Source: Octopus bimaculoides
Taxonomy: Eukaryota
Reading direction: 5' to 3'
Assembly: GCF_001194135.2 (NCBI RefSeq)
Contig: NC_068986.1
Location: 66,319,454 to 66,383,453 of the forward strand
DNA length: 64,000 nt
In this document: piece after piece, positions 12,101 through 25,965 of the stretch
Layout of the letters: every line of letters begins with the position of its first letter
Position numbering within the stretch: the stretch's first letter is position 1
Made by a program: the position numbers and the translations under genes
The notes under the pieces: model-generated
What the model saw: the letters and a program-made list of their open reading frames with translations, nothing else
What the model was told of the DNA's origin: nothing
Database searches by the model: none

Positions 12101-12829
12101 TTTTGTTTAACCCTTTTGTTACCATATTTTTGTTGAAATACATCGTTTTTGTTTCAAATGATTTTAAAAATTAAAAATTTAATAAAATAACTTTATTGAT
12201 ATTAAGCTGTTATATGAATCATAAATTAACACGAAATTTTGATGGAAGGTTTTTATTTAGATCACTTTAAAAAGGAAATTAATCTCATAAAACCAAGTGC
12301 TGTCTCAGGCAGGTTGTTATTAGAAACGGCAAGAGATTTCAGCCACCACTAGCACTATCTACATCAAAGAGTGTAATGAGTGAGATCAATAAAGAAATAA
12401 TTCTCCTGTAGGAGAAATGGTTGAGTGCTTTTTCTTTAATTTCATATCTACTCATTATAGTTTTTATTTAACGCCAGATTGTGTGGAAACTACAAAAGTT
12501 CAAAGCAATCAACAAGAGTCCGTGGCTTTGTGGGGCCAAACTGGCCTAGTGGTTTTTAGTGATTCTATGAGCTTAATTTTGTTAAGTTTTGAGGAATGAT
12601 ATAGGGCAGCATGTTGCTGAAAAATACAGTTGTTGGAATGGTGATATGAGCAGAAGGCTTTGTGTAGAGAGGTTTTGGAAACAAGGTTTTATACATATTA
12701 CTGGAGAGGGATAAATGTAATGGATATGTTAGAATGAGGGTAAAAATAAGTGAAATATAATCATAAAATGATTGTAATATAAAATAAATTGTGAACAAGT
12801 TACATGTATGTATCTATATTTGAATTGTT

Positions 12830-12970
12830 TCATTTGATCTTGCATGCTTGTCACTTCCCTTTGCATTATTACTAATTAAGAAACTACCTTCTTTCCTTTC
12901 CTTATCTCATCCTTCACCTCAGAAGCTTTTTCTCCTTATTACTTACTGACATATTTTATTTTATCGAACC
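12830..12970 (+). repeat. Dispersed repeat, second copy at ~14950-15062
   Basis: gtttcatttgatctt...ttacttactgacata...ttttatcga shared by both copies. Confidence 0.6.
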
Positions 12971-14029
12971 CTCTGGAGGTGAAATAAAGCTAAAAGAAAT
13001 GTCATTGAGAAGAAATACGGGGTAAAATACAGTATGCATTTCACTCTAATATAAGATTTTGGTAAAAGCCATTCGTAATCCTGAACATTTTATATCACTA
13101 ACTGATTTCTAAGTAAACTTTCTTCCTCTCTATTTTCTTTAATATCTGAAACTCTGTGTGTGTTGTTTGTTTTTCTTTCTTTGTTTCTTTTTTTGAGGGG
13201 TGGGGGAGTTACAGGTGTTATTACATTTTAGAACAAGTAATCTATTTCAATGAAATTGACAGGAATCAAGGTTATTTCATTACTGAAAATCTTATTTTAT
13301 CCTTTTTTTTCCCTGATTTTTTTTCTTTAGCTTAGTTCATTAAGTTTCTCATAAACTTTTGAAATACAGGATATTCCACTGGTGTTATGGAAAATAATAT
13401 TAAGTAAACATTATATATTGTATCTGTTGATAAATATTTGTATGATATATCTTTTCTATTTGCATTCATAGTTGAATAAAACATTTTTCTGTGTACAACC
13501 CTAGGTGCATCATCCAAAAATATAATTTCAGGAATCAGTATAGATAATAGGGGGTGAAAATTTTTCGTCAATTTCTGAGATGTTTGTCTATTTTCAAAGT
13601 TCTAATGTAAATGGAACAAGAGAGAAAACATGACACTTTTGAGATGGGAAGATGGGGGTGGGGATAATGAGAATTGATGAGGCAGGAAAACTTGAGAGGA
13701 AAAGACAATGCCCCAGAATAAAGAAAATTAGAAATAGGAGAATGTAAGCAAGTATGCGGGGTTATGATATTGGAAAATAAAGTTACATATTGTAAGTTTG
13801 TCTTACATGTAATATACATATGTGTGTGTCTGTAAAAAGGTACAGACATACTCCAGTTACATGCATCCTAATGGTCTTAGCAAGATACTTTTCACTAAAA
13901 TGCTCAACAAGTTTTCAATAATTGAAAATTATTTGGGGCTATGATATAAAATTTATGCAATGAAAGAATAAAGAGGAATTAACTTTTGATACACAGTATT
14001 AAAGGAAATATATAAAATTAATAAATACA

Positions 14030-14270
14030 GGGGCCTACCAGCCGCTACCAGTTTGTGCCAGTCACAGTTGAGATGTCAGGTGTTCTCAGACCCTGTACCA
14101 CTGCAAACTTTCTGGGAAATGAGCCCCACAAGGTAGAGTGGACGCTGCAGCGAGTGTTGCTGACCATTCTCCACAGTCATTATCATGGGGCATGGCTGAG
14201 CACACCATTTGTTCTGGGATATGTGGCCTATCATCTCCTCCCTGTCCATCTGCTACTTTACCCCCCACCG
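14030..14270 (+). mobile_element. CRE/NeSL-like non-LTR retrotransposon C-terminal fragment
   Basis: RYQFVPVTVEMSGVLRP...EWTLQRVLLTIL resembles the F.P.A.E..G...QR.S.A..RGN tail of restriction-like endonuclease elements. Confidence 0.55.
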
Positions 14271-14363
14271 CACCCTTTTTTCTTCTCTTTCTTTTCCTTT
14301 CTTATCTCACATTTTTCCTGTTTCTTGGTTTTTAGATGTTATAATTAAAATAAATTACTTAAT

Positions 14364-14395
<32 letters not shown>

Positions 14396-15968
14396 NNNNN
14401 NNNNNNNNNNNNNNNNNNNNNNNNNNNNNNNNNNNNNNNNNNNNNNNNNNNNNNNNNNNNNNNNNNNNNNNNNNNNNNNNNNNNNNNNNNNNNNNNNNNN
14501 NNNNNNNNNNNNNNNNNNNNNNNNNNNNNNNNNNNNNNNNNNNNNNNNNNNNNNNNNNNNNNNNNNNNNNNNNNNNNNNNNNNNNNNNNNNNNNNNNNNN
14601 NNNNNNNNNNNNNNNNNNNNNNNNNNNNNNNNNNNNNNNNNNNNNNNNNNNNNNNNNNNNNNNNNNNNNNNNNNNNNNNNNNNNNNNNNNNNNNNNNNNN
14701 NNNNNNNNNNNNNNNNNNNNNNNNNNNNNNNNNNNNNNNNNNNNNNNNNNNNNNNNNNNNNNNNNNNNNNNNNNNNNNNNNNNNNNNNNNNNNNNNNNNN
14801 NNNNNNNNNNNNNNNNNNNNNNNNNNNNNNNNNNNNNNNNNNNNNNNNNNNNNNNNNNNNNNNNNNTATATATATATTTATATTTATATACACACACACA
14901 CACACAAACAAACAATGTATACACTCACATATATATATACATATCTGGATTGTTTCATTTGATCTTACATAATTGTCACTTTCCTTCTCATTATTACTAA
15001 CTAATGAAGAAACTGCCTTTTCTTGCCTGTTACTTACTGACATAGTTTATTTTATCGACCCCCTCCCTCTGAATGTTGATAAAATAGAAGTGGAGCTATT
15101 AGGCTAGTAAACTAAAATATAGGAAGTATGTTTAGTCAGTTTCAACTCGTCTCACTGAAAATAGGTTCTAATTTTATTTGACAGTTGAATGATTATGATC
15201 TATAAGAGCTTTGAGCTATTAAAATTAATTACTCCATGAATATTTATAAGAATAAAGAGATGCTAGTTTAGAAGTTATATAAATTCATTATGCAACAAAA
15301 ATAGTTTAGTAATTAGAAGAAAGCACTGAAATGTGTATAAGATTAAAGTTTTAATCAAAATCTTCAAAAAGCCTCTAGGATGTTGCTCCGTGTAGGGTAA
15401 TGTTTTAAATACTAGTTATATAAAAAGTACAATCAACAATATTATTAAGTGCTATTCTTGGTGAACTGATATTGACCTACACTGAGAACACTGAACTGTT
15501 AAAAGGATATTCAGTCTAATTATAAAATTGGTGAAGCAAACAAATAAATCATTAAAAATAGTGTCTGCTTGTATAAATTGGGAATATAGGATTCTGTTAA
15601 GTTTGATATTTAAGCAAACTAATCAATGCAAAATATTGGGAATTTTGTAATAAACCTCTAATGGAAAGAGAATAATTGGATATTTTACAATTCTACTAAG
15701 GATGTCCTATCAAGCTTTTATTCCCCAGGTTCAATAAATTAAGTTGTTTACTTCATATCACACTATTACAATAACTCAATGTATAAAGTAACAAAGAAAG
15801 TATTACACTCTGCATTGCTATCCTACAAATTCAGTCCCCAAGTCCCCTTAGAATTATGAAATTGAAATCAACCAAATCATGTATGCAGTTTTATTAAGAT
15901 GTCAACTATCCTTCTTATAAACTCTTTCTTCTACATATTCTCCTTTTACACACACACACGCACGCGCG

Positions 15969-15999
<31 letters not shown>

Positions 16000-17084
16000 C
16001 TCTTATATTATTTCACATTACTCTAGAATTCCAACTGATTTCATGGAATCAATCATCTCGTCACATGTGTCACTTTGAATCTAAAATTTGAGATATTCAA
16101 ACATTTCTGCCCTCAAATTAGCTCCTATAAGGTAGAATTAATATCAGAAGTGATCCACCCTTGACCATTCTGTCTTTTTTTAATACAGTATCTAGAACCA
16201 CTTTATCCAATATGTCCTTCCATTTTTCAAAATGCTATGGTGTGATTTGAAGTCAATTTATTTGCTATTTCTAGCAGATGAAGGGACCATTTAATGGCCT
16301 AAAAAAAATATTTCAATATGTCGCATGTTATTAGATAAGTTATGGAAACATTTTTCTTCCATGTTTTCTGCTATTTTGAGAATTACTACATTTTAAAATA
16401 GTTTGATCCTAGCTTGTCATTAGTTCCCATATTTGTTATGTTTATAATGTACATGTGTTCAGGCTTTTAAAGCACAAACCTTTATTTCATTTGGAGTTCC
16501 AACACTTCTTTCTACTAGGCCTAGTATTTGTACATAAATATGACATCAACAAATCAGTCAATACAAAATATGATGTTTTATTCATTCAGAAAGGCCACCA
16601 AGTTTGACGAGTGGGGTAAGTTGATTATATCGACTCCAGTATTCAACTTCATTAAGAAGACAAGATTTAAGAGTGAACACATTTCCAATAAATAATATAT
16701 AGTTCATCATCATCATTGTACTTTTCCTTGCTTGCATGGGTTGGATGGAGTTTATTGAAGCAGATTTTCTATGATCTGATGCCATTCTTTTCACCCACAC
16801 TTCTTGTTTCCAGATAATATTTTCCCATGGCCAGATATTTACCCAGAATATTAGAAGTGAATGACACTGCCTGTATGATAGTGATACTCAGAATTATCCC
16901 ACAATGTGAAGGCAAAGAGGCACAAGCACACACACACACACATGATGGGCTTCTTTCAGTTTCCATCTACCAAATTCATGCTTAGAACAAAGAGACAGAA
17001 GAAATGTTGCATGGTGTTTTGTCAGGCACTCTAACGATTTGCTAATCCACAATCCTGGTGGTAACAATAATAATAATGATTTCA

Positions 17085-17277
17085 AATTTTAGTTCAAGGC
17101 CAGCAACTTTTGGGGAGGATGTAAGTTTATTACATGAACCCCATTAATTGACTGGTACTTATTTTATGAACCCCAAAAGGATGAATTGGCAGAATTTGAA
17201 CCCAGAACGGAAAGATAGACAAATTGCCACTAAGCATTTTGTCTGGCATGCTATCAATTCTGCCAGCTCACCACCCT
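17085..17277 (-). mobile_element. tRNA-derived SINE, family B
   Basis: Matches the reverse complement of 53447-53665. Confidence 0.75.
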
Positions 17278-19449
17278 AGTAACAATAGTAATAATAAAAG
17301 AAGAGCATTCAATAAGTTTGGTTGCTATGAGAAGTAGAAAAAATGACCACACCCTCTAGTTGAAATCAATAAAAGAATTTCAAACTACAGGCCTTTTTCT
17401 TTAAACTACTGAGGTGACTATAACCCAGATTATCAATTTCTTTCTCTCCTAAAAGCACCCTAAGTTACTGATACCAACTAATTCTCATTTGGAAATTTAA
17501 AAAAGAGTTCTTTGAAGCAGTCAAGAACTCTCCGTGATTGATAAGTATTTCATTAGCTGGCAATTAAGAAAGGTGGGTGGCTTCTACTAAACTGATTTTG
17601 GTGGGGAAAGTGTTTATATTTGCCTTTTTTTTAATAAGAGGAAAGTCTTTAGATTTGTAGCTCATCACAATGGATATTGGACTACTCTTCACTATAACAT
17701 ATCTTGAAACTAAAAATCACATTTACTATTAAACCAAAAACAGGCATAACATTTATTTACTGTTGAATAATCCTGCATACACTTTGTTGTTCTTTATTTC
17801 TTTTACATCTTCATTTATTTTAATCTGAATTGTTGATTTCTCAAAGTCAGCCCTGATTTAGCACAACTGTGGTATTTAGAAGACATTGGACTACATCATC
17901 CATGTGTCCTTCCTTCTCTTTCAAAACAATAGGATAGTATTTGAGGGAGATTTGATTGCTGTTTCTAGCAGGTGCTCTGACTCCATGAGGCTTCATTTTG
18001 AAGCAAATAGTTGTGTGTGCAAAAATCTCATGTTTTGCAAAATGTTTCCTGTAACACAAGTATATGCTCATAAATATTAATTACTACATTATTTTAAGTA
18101 GCTAACCTCTTATGGGTGCATTAATTTCTTTTGTGTGTTGGTTGCAAAGTATGTATACGCATGTACACAGAGTGGAAGCAACAACCATGACACAATAATG
18201 TAATGGCTTTCATAGTTTTATCGGTCTGTCTATATATAACCACTGAAAATTTTGATAGCCAACTATATTTTTAAAAAAACGTTTTTTTATAAGCCTTGAT
18301 ATATGTTAAGTGCTCTTAAGCATATTAAGATATGATTTTGTTAAGAGTAGTTTTTAGCTTATCTTCTTTGAGGTTTGATCAACTTCTTTGGATAGCTGTT
18401 TTCAAGTTATTAGCCATTTATCAATCACAACCATCTGTGTGAGTCAGCCATGATATTTCTGACCTCTCATCTAATGCTGTTGTCATTTCCTCTTGTGAAA
18501 ATAGATATGAAGAGGTAGCATATTGTCCAGTGACAGTTCTCTATGTAGTTGCTGCACCTCCAAGCCAAATTCTCTCAGTGTACGTGCTACTGTCTTGCAT
18601 ATACAAAAATGATGAAGTGGTCATGGATGAAATGCCTTTGAATCATGTGTTTACTTAGTCAGGACAGATTTGTTGTTAAACAACAACATGGTCAAACTGT
18701 TGGGTATTAATTCATGATACCACCTATATTTTAGTTTTTAATCTTAAAAAGCTCCTCTGCTCAAGACTAATGGGAAAATGAATGGCAATTAAATACTTTC
18801 TTTATATATTCAGGTTATTATGTTACTGTTTAAAAGAATTTTGTATTTAAAATTATGAGTAGTTGCTAAATATTGTTGGTTATTAAGTAAGGAATACCTG
18901 AAGAAGTGAAATAGCTCTCAAGTGAGAAGAGACTCTTAAAAAAATGAACAAGTAATCAATTACATATGTTGTAAATTTTGTTTTGAACAGCCAAAGCAAT
19001 AGATGCCATTTCTGATTTGCATTTTATTTGTAGCAGTATCATCATGATTGTCATCATTATTACAATTATCTGATTTCTCTATACGGTTAAACAATTACAA
19101 TATGCAATGTAAATGTCTCTGAAGTAAAGCAGGCTTGTAAGATTGATGCTTAGTTCTGGATCTGTAGTGTCAAATGAATGATAGGTGCTTGTTGTACAGC
19201 TTTAACTCATGTCTTCTCAAGCATATTCTGAAGCAACTAATCACATGTTTTGGAGACATCCTGGACATATTGAACATCAGTCTGTTTTGATAACCACTTC
19301 TGCACCTCCCTGTCATGCAGTGCTTGGTAATATGATATACAGTAGGGAAAAAAACCTAGTTCTTATCACATCTAATTTGTTTCTTAGCTTTCTCAGAATT
19401 ATTATTGTTGTCTCTCAATCCTTGGTGACTTTTTGTGGTAATTACACCA

Positions 19450-19860
19450 TCATCATTTTAATGTCTTCTTTTCCATGCTTGCGTGGGTTGGATGGAGTTT
19501 ATTATTGAGGCAGATTTTCTATGGACAAATTGACCTTCTTGTCACCAACCCTCACCTGTTTCCAAGCAAGGTAACAATTACCCATGGACAGATATATTTT
19601 CACATAATATTGAAAATAAATGATACTACTTGTATGACTGACAATTATCACTTGATGTCAAGACAAGGTGAGAGAGAGAGAGAGACACACACACACACTA
19701 TACATAAATATGACAGGCTTCTTTCAGTTTCCATCTATCGAATCCACTCTCAAGGTTTTAGTCAGCTCTGGGCTATAGTAGAAGACACTTACCCAAAGTG
19801 CCACACAGTGGGATTGAATCCGTAACCATGTGGTTCAGAAGCAACTACAGCTGCACTTGT
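19450..19860 (-). mobile_element. RTE-tailed repeat plus SINE A head (antisense); related copies at ~1795-2172, 16705-16990, 33455-33680, 44800-45035
   Basis: catcattttaatgtc...ttttccatgcttgcgtgggttggatggagtttatt motif followed by a reverse SINE A head. Confidence 0.7.
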
Positions 19861-22800
19861 GCCTAACAGCCATTCAAACAACAGTGTGCCAAAGATTAGG
19901 TTTTCTCTTCGAGTGCCAGAAGACATTCCAGTCTTGATATCTAGCTGACCCTCAACAAAGCAAAGAAATTACATTAAAGTCTACTCACATATCTGTGAGT
20001 ACACTGCTACTAAACATGCAAATATCCTACACTACACCCAAAAGAAAACCATCAAACTAATTACCAAAGATTCATTCACCAGCATGTTTTAACCTCTGGC
20101 CTACAAATGTAATATTTCTTCTTTGCATTTATTTATTTAACAGTGATTACTAAATCTTCTCTGAAATTACACTTTGTGTATCATCTCAACTTAAGCTTAC
20201 CTACTGCACATGTCTTTGCTCCAGTTGTCATCCTTATTGTTTTACTCCTTCCCAAAATTCATATTCAAGACTTTCCTACTCAGAACACACCCTGTTATTA
20301 ACTTGCAGTAGTTCAGTCAGACATCAGCTACATAGACTCCACTTGTCTGGAAAGACCTGCAAACATAACTGGCTATCACTCCTACTAAATAAAAAATAAA
20401 ATTGATGTTTATCATCAGTAAAAGAAAAGAAATTGCCTTCATGTAAAGATTTGTGTGTATTCATATAATTTTTTTTTATTCAGTTTTGACAATTATTCTA
20501 TTGACTCTATCAATGTGTTACCATAACACCATCAATAAAATCCATTTTGTTTCTTATGTAAGTCACTGGATAATATAGAACCATCACACACATATGCACA
20601 TTGGCAAGATGAAAGGTGAATAGTAACTAATCAGTCACTTATCTTCTCATCAATAGTAGCTTCTTTTTTTCTTTCTCTTTCCCCGTTGTTATTGTTTCAT
20701 GGCTGTTGCCAGTGATACACTAATAACTGAGATTTCTTTTGTTTCTAGCTTTTTTTTTTTTTCATCAAAATCTTAATGATTCTGCAATAAAATGTTATTG
20801 GAATTTTATATTAGACTATCTCAGAATTATAAAGATGTGGGGTAAAAGATTGTGTGACCTCCAACCTTTCTTCAAGAGCATTAGTGACATAAGTAAAGTG
20901 AAATCAAACCCAATGCTCTAATAGATTTAGCTTACTGAGAAACTTGTTTGTTACTATAAGAACATTCACCATCCAGTTTCTATGATAACTGAATCCCATG
21001 ATTTATTCACTACTGTGGTAGTCAATATAGTTATAATAACATTACCGCCGTTCTCCAGCATCAGCAGCAACCTTTACTGTTGTTAGGCACGTTATGTCTT
21101 ACTGTCTTCTTTTGCCAATTTGTCAGATTCTTTACAACCTTCTGTATAGTTATAATTAACAAATGACCTTGTGGCAAGCTGTGTTAAGTAGAAGATAAGC
21201 TTTCAGAAAACCAAGTCCATAAACTGGCTTTTCTCTAACAATTGAAATAAATTCACTTATTTATACTGCTTATGAAGTAGAGATGAATTGGTCACAAGTT
21301 CAAATCTACTGCTATCCTAACATAATTTCATTATGTTTCTGGATAGAATATTTTATTGTACTTACCGTTGGTCACCTAGTTTTCTAGGTGATATAAGATG
21401 GAAATAGACTGGCATCCTAAACAAGGAGAGATTATTTGCTTCACACTTGGCTCTCAAAGGACTTCACAAAGTTTAGGAGACATATATAATACATACACTT
21501 TCTTTTTCTCATATTTTACATCTACCACTTCCTTTATAATCTTGTTTCTTCTTTAATGCTTCTATTTTCCCCTAAGTATATCTCTTTGTCTTATCTGAAC
21601 CTCCATCCATTCATTATACATGTTTCTCTTTGCCTACATCATTCTCTATGTATTTGTTCAAACAGCAATACATTTATTAATGAGCCTGCACTAATTAATT
21701 AACCATCATTGTCATTTTATGTCAATTATTTTCTAGTGCTGGCATGAGTAGGTCAAGCCTCAAAGCATTTTGCCATGGTCCATCATCTGTTTCACCTGCA
21801 GCAACAAATAAAACCAGCCAACCTTATTGTTCTGTATGTCTTACTTGGGTACTCCAGGCACTAGATTGGTTTCTATGTCCCCTCTAATCTGTCAGTTCTT
21901 ATTCAGAGTTACTGCCCTTCTAGATGGGTGGCCTGTTATGTGGCATGCAAAGTCTATATTTCATTTGCACATTCTGTTTTAAGCACAGTTTCTATGATTT
22001 GATGTTTTACCTATCAACAACTACATTTGCAATATATATTGGGTGCACTTAGCATGCTGCAGAGTGATACAATAAAGTCTACTTAATGCACATTCGGTAT
22101 AATAGAATGGTTTCCAGATGTCCTGGCTTTTATTTCTAATAGTTAGGTGAACTGGAGTATATTGAAATAACTGTTCTTTTATGCATGTAGTGGCTTGGAA
22201 GTCAAGACTGTTGCTTCAGTAGTCAAACATCAGGAAAGATAACATAGTATCTAAGCAGAAAAGAACGCTACAGAAGCCCAGAGTCACCATTGCATTGGCA
22301 TCTGTCAAATGTGTAACAAAACATTTAGAGACAATGTGTAGCAATAAGGATGATTTTATGGTCATCATACATATCGACAGACAAACAAGAAAACATCTAC
22401 TTACATCAGAAGCTTGCTGTATTCAATTGCATGTAGGGGAACTGGGGCAGAGAGCAGCACTGGTGATAAGGTACAAGATATTGACCTGAACTGGCGCTCT
22501 AACATCTTCATAACTGATTCTTTCCTTCTCTCAATTATTAAGGTACTAGACTGCTAAGCAAATTAGTAAGAATTTGTGGAGTTGGACCACTAACCCAATA
22601 ATAATGTTTAGACATTACTACAGCTATTGTGAGGACAGCTTATAGGAAGGGGTAGGGCATAACAGATCAGTTTTTCCAAAATTTTGAAAACAATGTCAAC
22701 TAAAAATCAACATGTAACAGTTAACATGGATTTACAATATCAAATGAACAAAATGATTCTGATAAGCGCTTCCAATGAATTGGGAGGCTATTTTGAATGC

Positions 22801-22967
22801 TCATTTCATATATACATAATCATATTTGAACTACTGTAAAAATTTGAAACTTCAACATATGGGTTATCCACAAATGGAGTGAAACACAGAGTATTGTTTG
22901 GATGAAAATATGACAAATTGTGGGCAAATGTTGAAAACAATCAATGAAAAACGTCCAATGAAAAACT

Positions 22968-23062
22968 GCCTTGGTAGTGCAGTAGGCAGCGCGTCAGTCT
23001 CATAATCTTGATCTAACAGCCGAGTAATCTGAAGGTCATGAGTTCGATCCTCACCTGGGGCA
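22968..23062 (+). tRNA. Elongator tRNA-Met(CAT) with a 22-nt intron (23005-23026); possibly decaying
   Basis: Spliced 73-nt sequence closely matches metazoan tRNA-Met-e as recalled; anticodon at 23001-23003; intron lies after base 37. Confidence 0.9.
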
Positions 23063-23069
23063 GACTTTA

Positions 23070-23483
23070 GGCGCAGGAGTGGCTGTGTGGTAAGTAGCTT
23101 GCTTACCAACCACATGGTTCAGGGCTTGTTCCTACTGCGTGGCACCTTGGGCAAGTGTCTTCTACTATAGCCTCGGGCCGTCCAAAGCCTTGTGAGTGGA
23201 TTTGGTAGACGGAAACTGAAAGAAGCCCGTCGTATATATGTATATATATATATGTATGTGTGTGTATATGTTTGTGTGTCTGTGTTTGCCCCCCCCCCCA
23301 GCATCCATTGACAACCGATGCTGGTGTGTTTACGTCCCCGTAACTTAGCAGTTCAGCATAAGAGACCGATAGAATAAGTACTAGGCTTCCAAAGAATAAG
23401 TTCTGGGGTCGATTTGGTCGACTAAAGGCGGTGCTCCAGCATGGCCACTGTCAAATGACTGAAACAAGTAAAAGAGTAAAGAG
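23070..23483 (+). mobile_element. tRNA-derived SINE, family A (young, CpG-rich copy)
   Basis: ggcgcaggagtggctgtgtggtaag A-box-like head, internal microsatellite, tgactgaaacaagtaaaagagtaaaga tail. Confidence 0.9.
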
Positions 23484-23605
23484 GTAAATAAACTCAATCT
23501 TAATGAAAAAAAAAAAAACACAACAACCATGTTTGCAGAACAACTGTCTCTTTGAAGCTTGAATCAGTCACAATAAAGCCCTCCATTCGGCACAAGGAGT
23601 CCAGA

Positions 23606-24400
23606 TTAAGCTGTACACATCTTGTAGAAGAACACTTGGTTGACATCTATTTCCCTTGAAATACACGAAGGGCAAATATAATCATCACAAAGACCACACA
23701 GCAACCAAACTTCATTCTTCCTGCCTTTGTATCTGCTCCAGAATCTCTTGCAAATGGAGCACTCAGTCTCTTCTTCCTCTGAATCATCTGCACTATCATA
23801 GTTTTCACACTCTGCATTACCTGTTTTCTGCCATTTTGGAGCAAGTTATCCTCTTTCCTTTCCACTCTTAGACTTTTGTTGCTTCTTTGGTGTATTTTTA
23901 CTTCTCTTTTCCTCCTGGAATAATGATGCAATCACCTTCTTCCTCCTTGATTCTGTGTAAATATCAGTAATTACATGAAACAATGCTATTAAATCACTTT
24001 CAGATATTGGCACATATTCATAGGGTGTGGAAGACTTCTTTAGTTCTTCTTCTCTTCTATTTATAAAAGTCTCTGTGCTATGTCTTAAGTGACCCATTAT
24101 ACGTCACTTTCGAATTTCATTGACTGTCAGAATTTTCAAGGATATATTGGTTAATCTAGTGACTGAAATCTGTGATCCAGAACAACGAACTTGAAAAGTA
24201 GTCATCAGGAAAAATACAATATTTATATTCACAGGAAGGATGATGCTATAATGTCATACTTCCTGTTCTGGAGTTGAGAGAAACTGATAAATATCTGGCA
24301 AATGACCCAATATGCCTCTCCTTCCCTATTGTTTGTGTTGTGGCTCCTTCACAGTTGAATGGCTCGTGATTGGTAGGAAGGGCACGCTGAAACTTGTTCC
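23606..24400 (-). mobile_element. Pogo-like transposase C-terminal relic with acidic tract and PHD-like finger
   Basis: DSADDSEEEETECSICKRFW...VWLLCGLCDDYICPSC...FFYKMC; upstream PVNINIVFPDDYF-like segment; in-frame stop at ~23846. Confidence 0.55.
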
Positions 24401-25493
24401 AACAACCTGTAATTGTCCAAATTTTTACAAAACAAACTTCAGCTTACCTACTTTAACATAGGCAAAATGTGTAAACAATAAAAAGAAAGATAAAAGGTAA
24501 TTGTTAATTGTGTTGAATTTTCAGCCTATCCTAGGATAGAAAAAACTCTAGAAAACAAACACAAAATCTTTCAACTTGCTTTTCTCCTGTACAAAGAAAT
24601 ACAATTTTGTTAGTTGACATAGCACTAGCAGATTTTATTCCTTCTTTTTATCTCAGTGCTGTTTCCATGACTTCCCAATATATAGCTTACGTTTATTAAA
24701 TCTTTACAATGTGTACTTACAAAACATGTTGTTTTCATTGACCATCAACATTCAATTACTTTCCCCAGTCCTGTTATGACCATCCTATGTATGATAGCAT
24801 TTAAAATACATTTGTCCTCATGTTGAAGCTTATAGGGGGAAGCTTTTATATGAGAGCACAGCAACTAAATCACCTTCTTTTTGCTTGTAGAGTAAGCATT
24901 TTATGGCTTGATGTTTCTTCCTGCCAGATTTTTTTTTTAACCAGATAGAGTGAAATGTGCTGAGGGTTGCCCAATGTGCTCTCTCTTTATAGCCTTAAAA
25001 AGAGGACATATTGAATAATGTAAACCAACGTGCACTATTTCTTTAAAAAAAATAGATGGAACAGTCCTGTCTTGAATGCCTTTGTTCATAGTTGGTTTAC
25101 TCAGTCGGAACTTAGAGATAATCAAACACAACTAAAGTGTAGTTTGCTTTGAACATATGCCTTTGAGATTTTAAATTTAAGAGCCAACTTATTTTAACTG
25201 ATATTATATGTAATAGTTGTGTTTAAGGTGGGTTGTACTGTTAATAATGGTAATATATCCTTTTTTTTTTCTTCTACTCATTTCAGTAATTGGACAGTGG
25301 CCATGCTGGGACACTGTCAAAGAATTTTAGTCAATCATATCAATCCCCAGAACTTATTTCAGTCTGTTACTTATTTGTCAGATAACAAAGATAGGAAACT
25401 TATAGGGATACAACATACTTAACACCAGTTTTTAGAGTAGTGTAGACATAAACACACATGCATACATACAATAGGCTTCTGCACAGTTTCTTA

Positions 25494-25724
25494 TTTCTTT
25501 ATTGCCCACAAGGGGCTAAACATAAAGGGGACAAACAAGGACAGACAAAGGGATTAAGTCGATTACATCGACCCCAGTGCGTAACTGGTACTTAATTTAT
25601 TGACCCTGAAAGGATGAACGGCAAGGTCGACTTTGGCGGAATTTGAACTCAGAACGTAACGGCAGACAAAATACTGCTAAGCATTTCACCCGGCGTGCTA
25701 ACATTTCTGCCAGCTCACCATCTT
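25494..25724 (-). mobile_element. tRNA-derived SINE, family B
   Basis: Near-identical to 39307-39537. Confidence 0.85.
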
Positions 25725-25908
25725 AGGCTTCTGCACAGTTTCTGCCTACCAAAATCCACTTAAAAGGTATAGCTACCCCAAGGCTATACTTGCCAAAAAT
25801 GTCATGTGCTGGGATCAAATTTAAAACCCTGTAGTTACTAAATGAACTTCTGAAATGCAACAAGCATTTCTGCTCATATATATATGTATATATATATGTG
25901 TATATATA

Positions 25909-25965
<57 letters not shown>

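Noticed and set aside
14209-15043. Long ORFs spanning N gaps (also 25855-26286, 38925-39266, 48178-48525)
   Set aside because: Artefacts of N runs and (TA)n.
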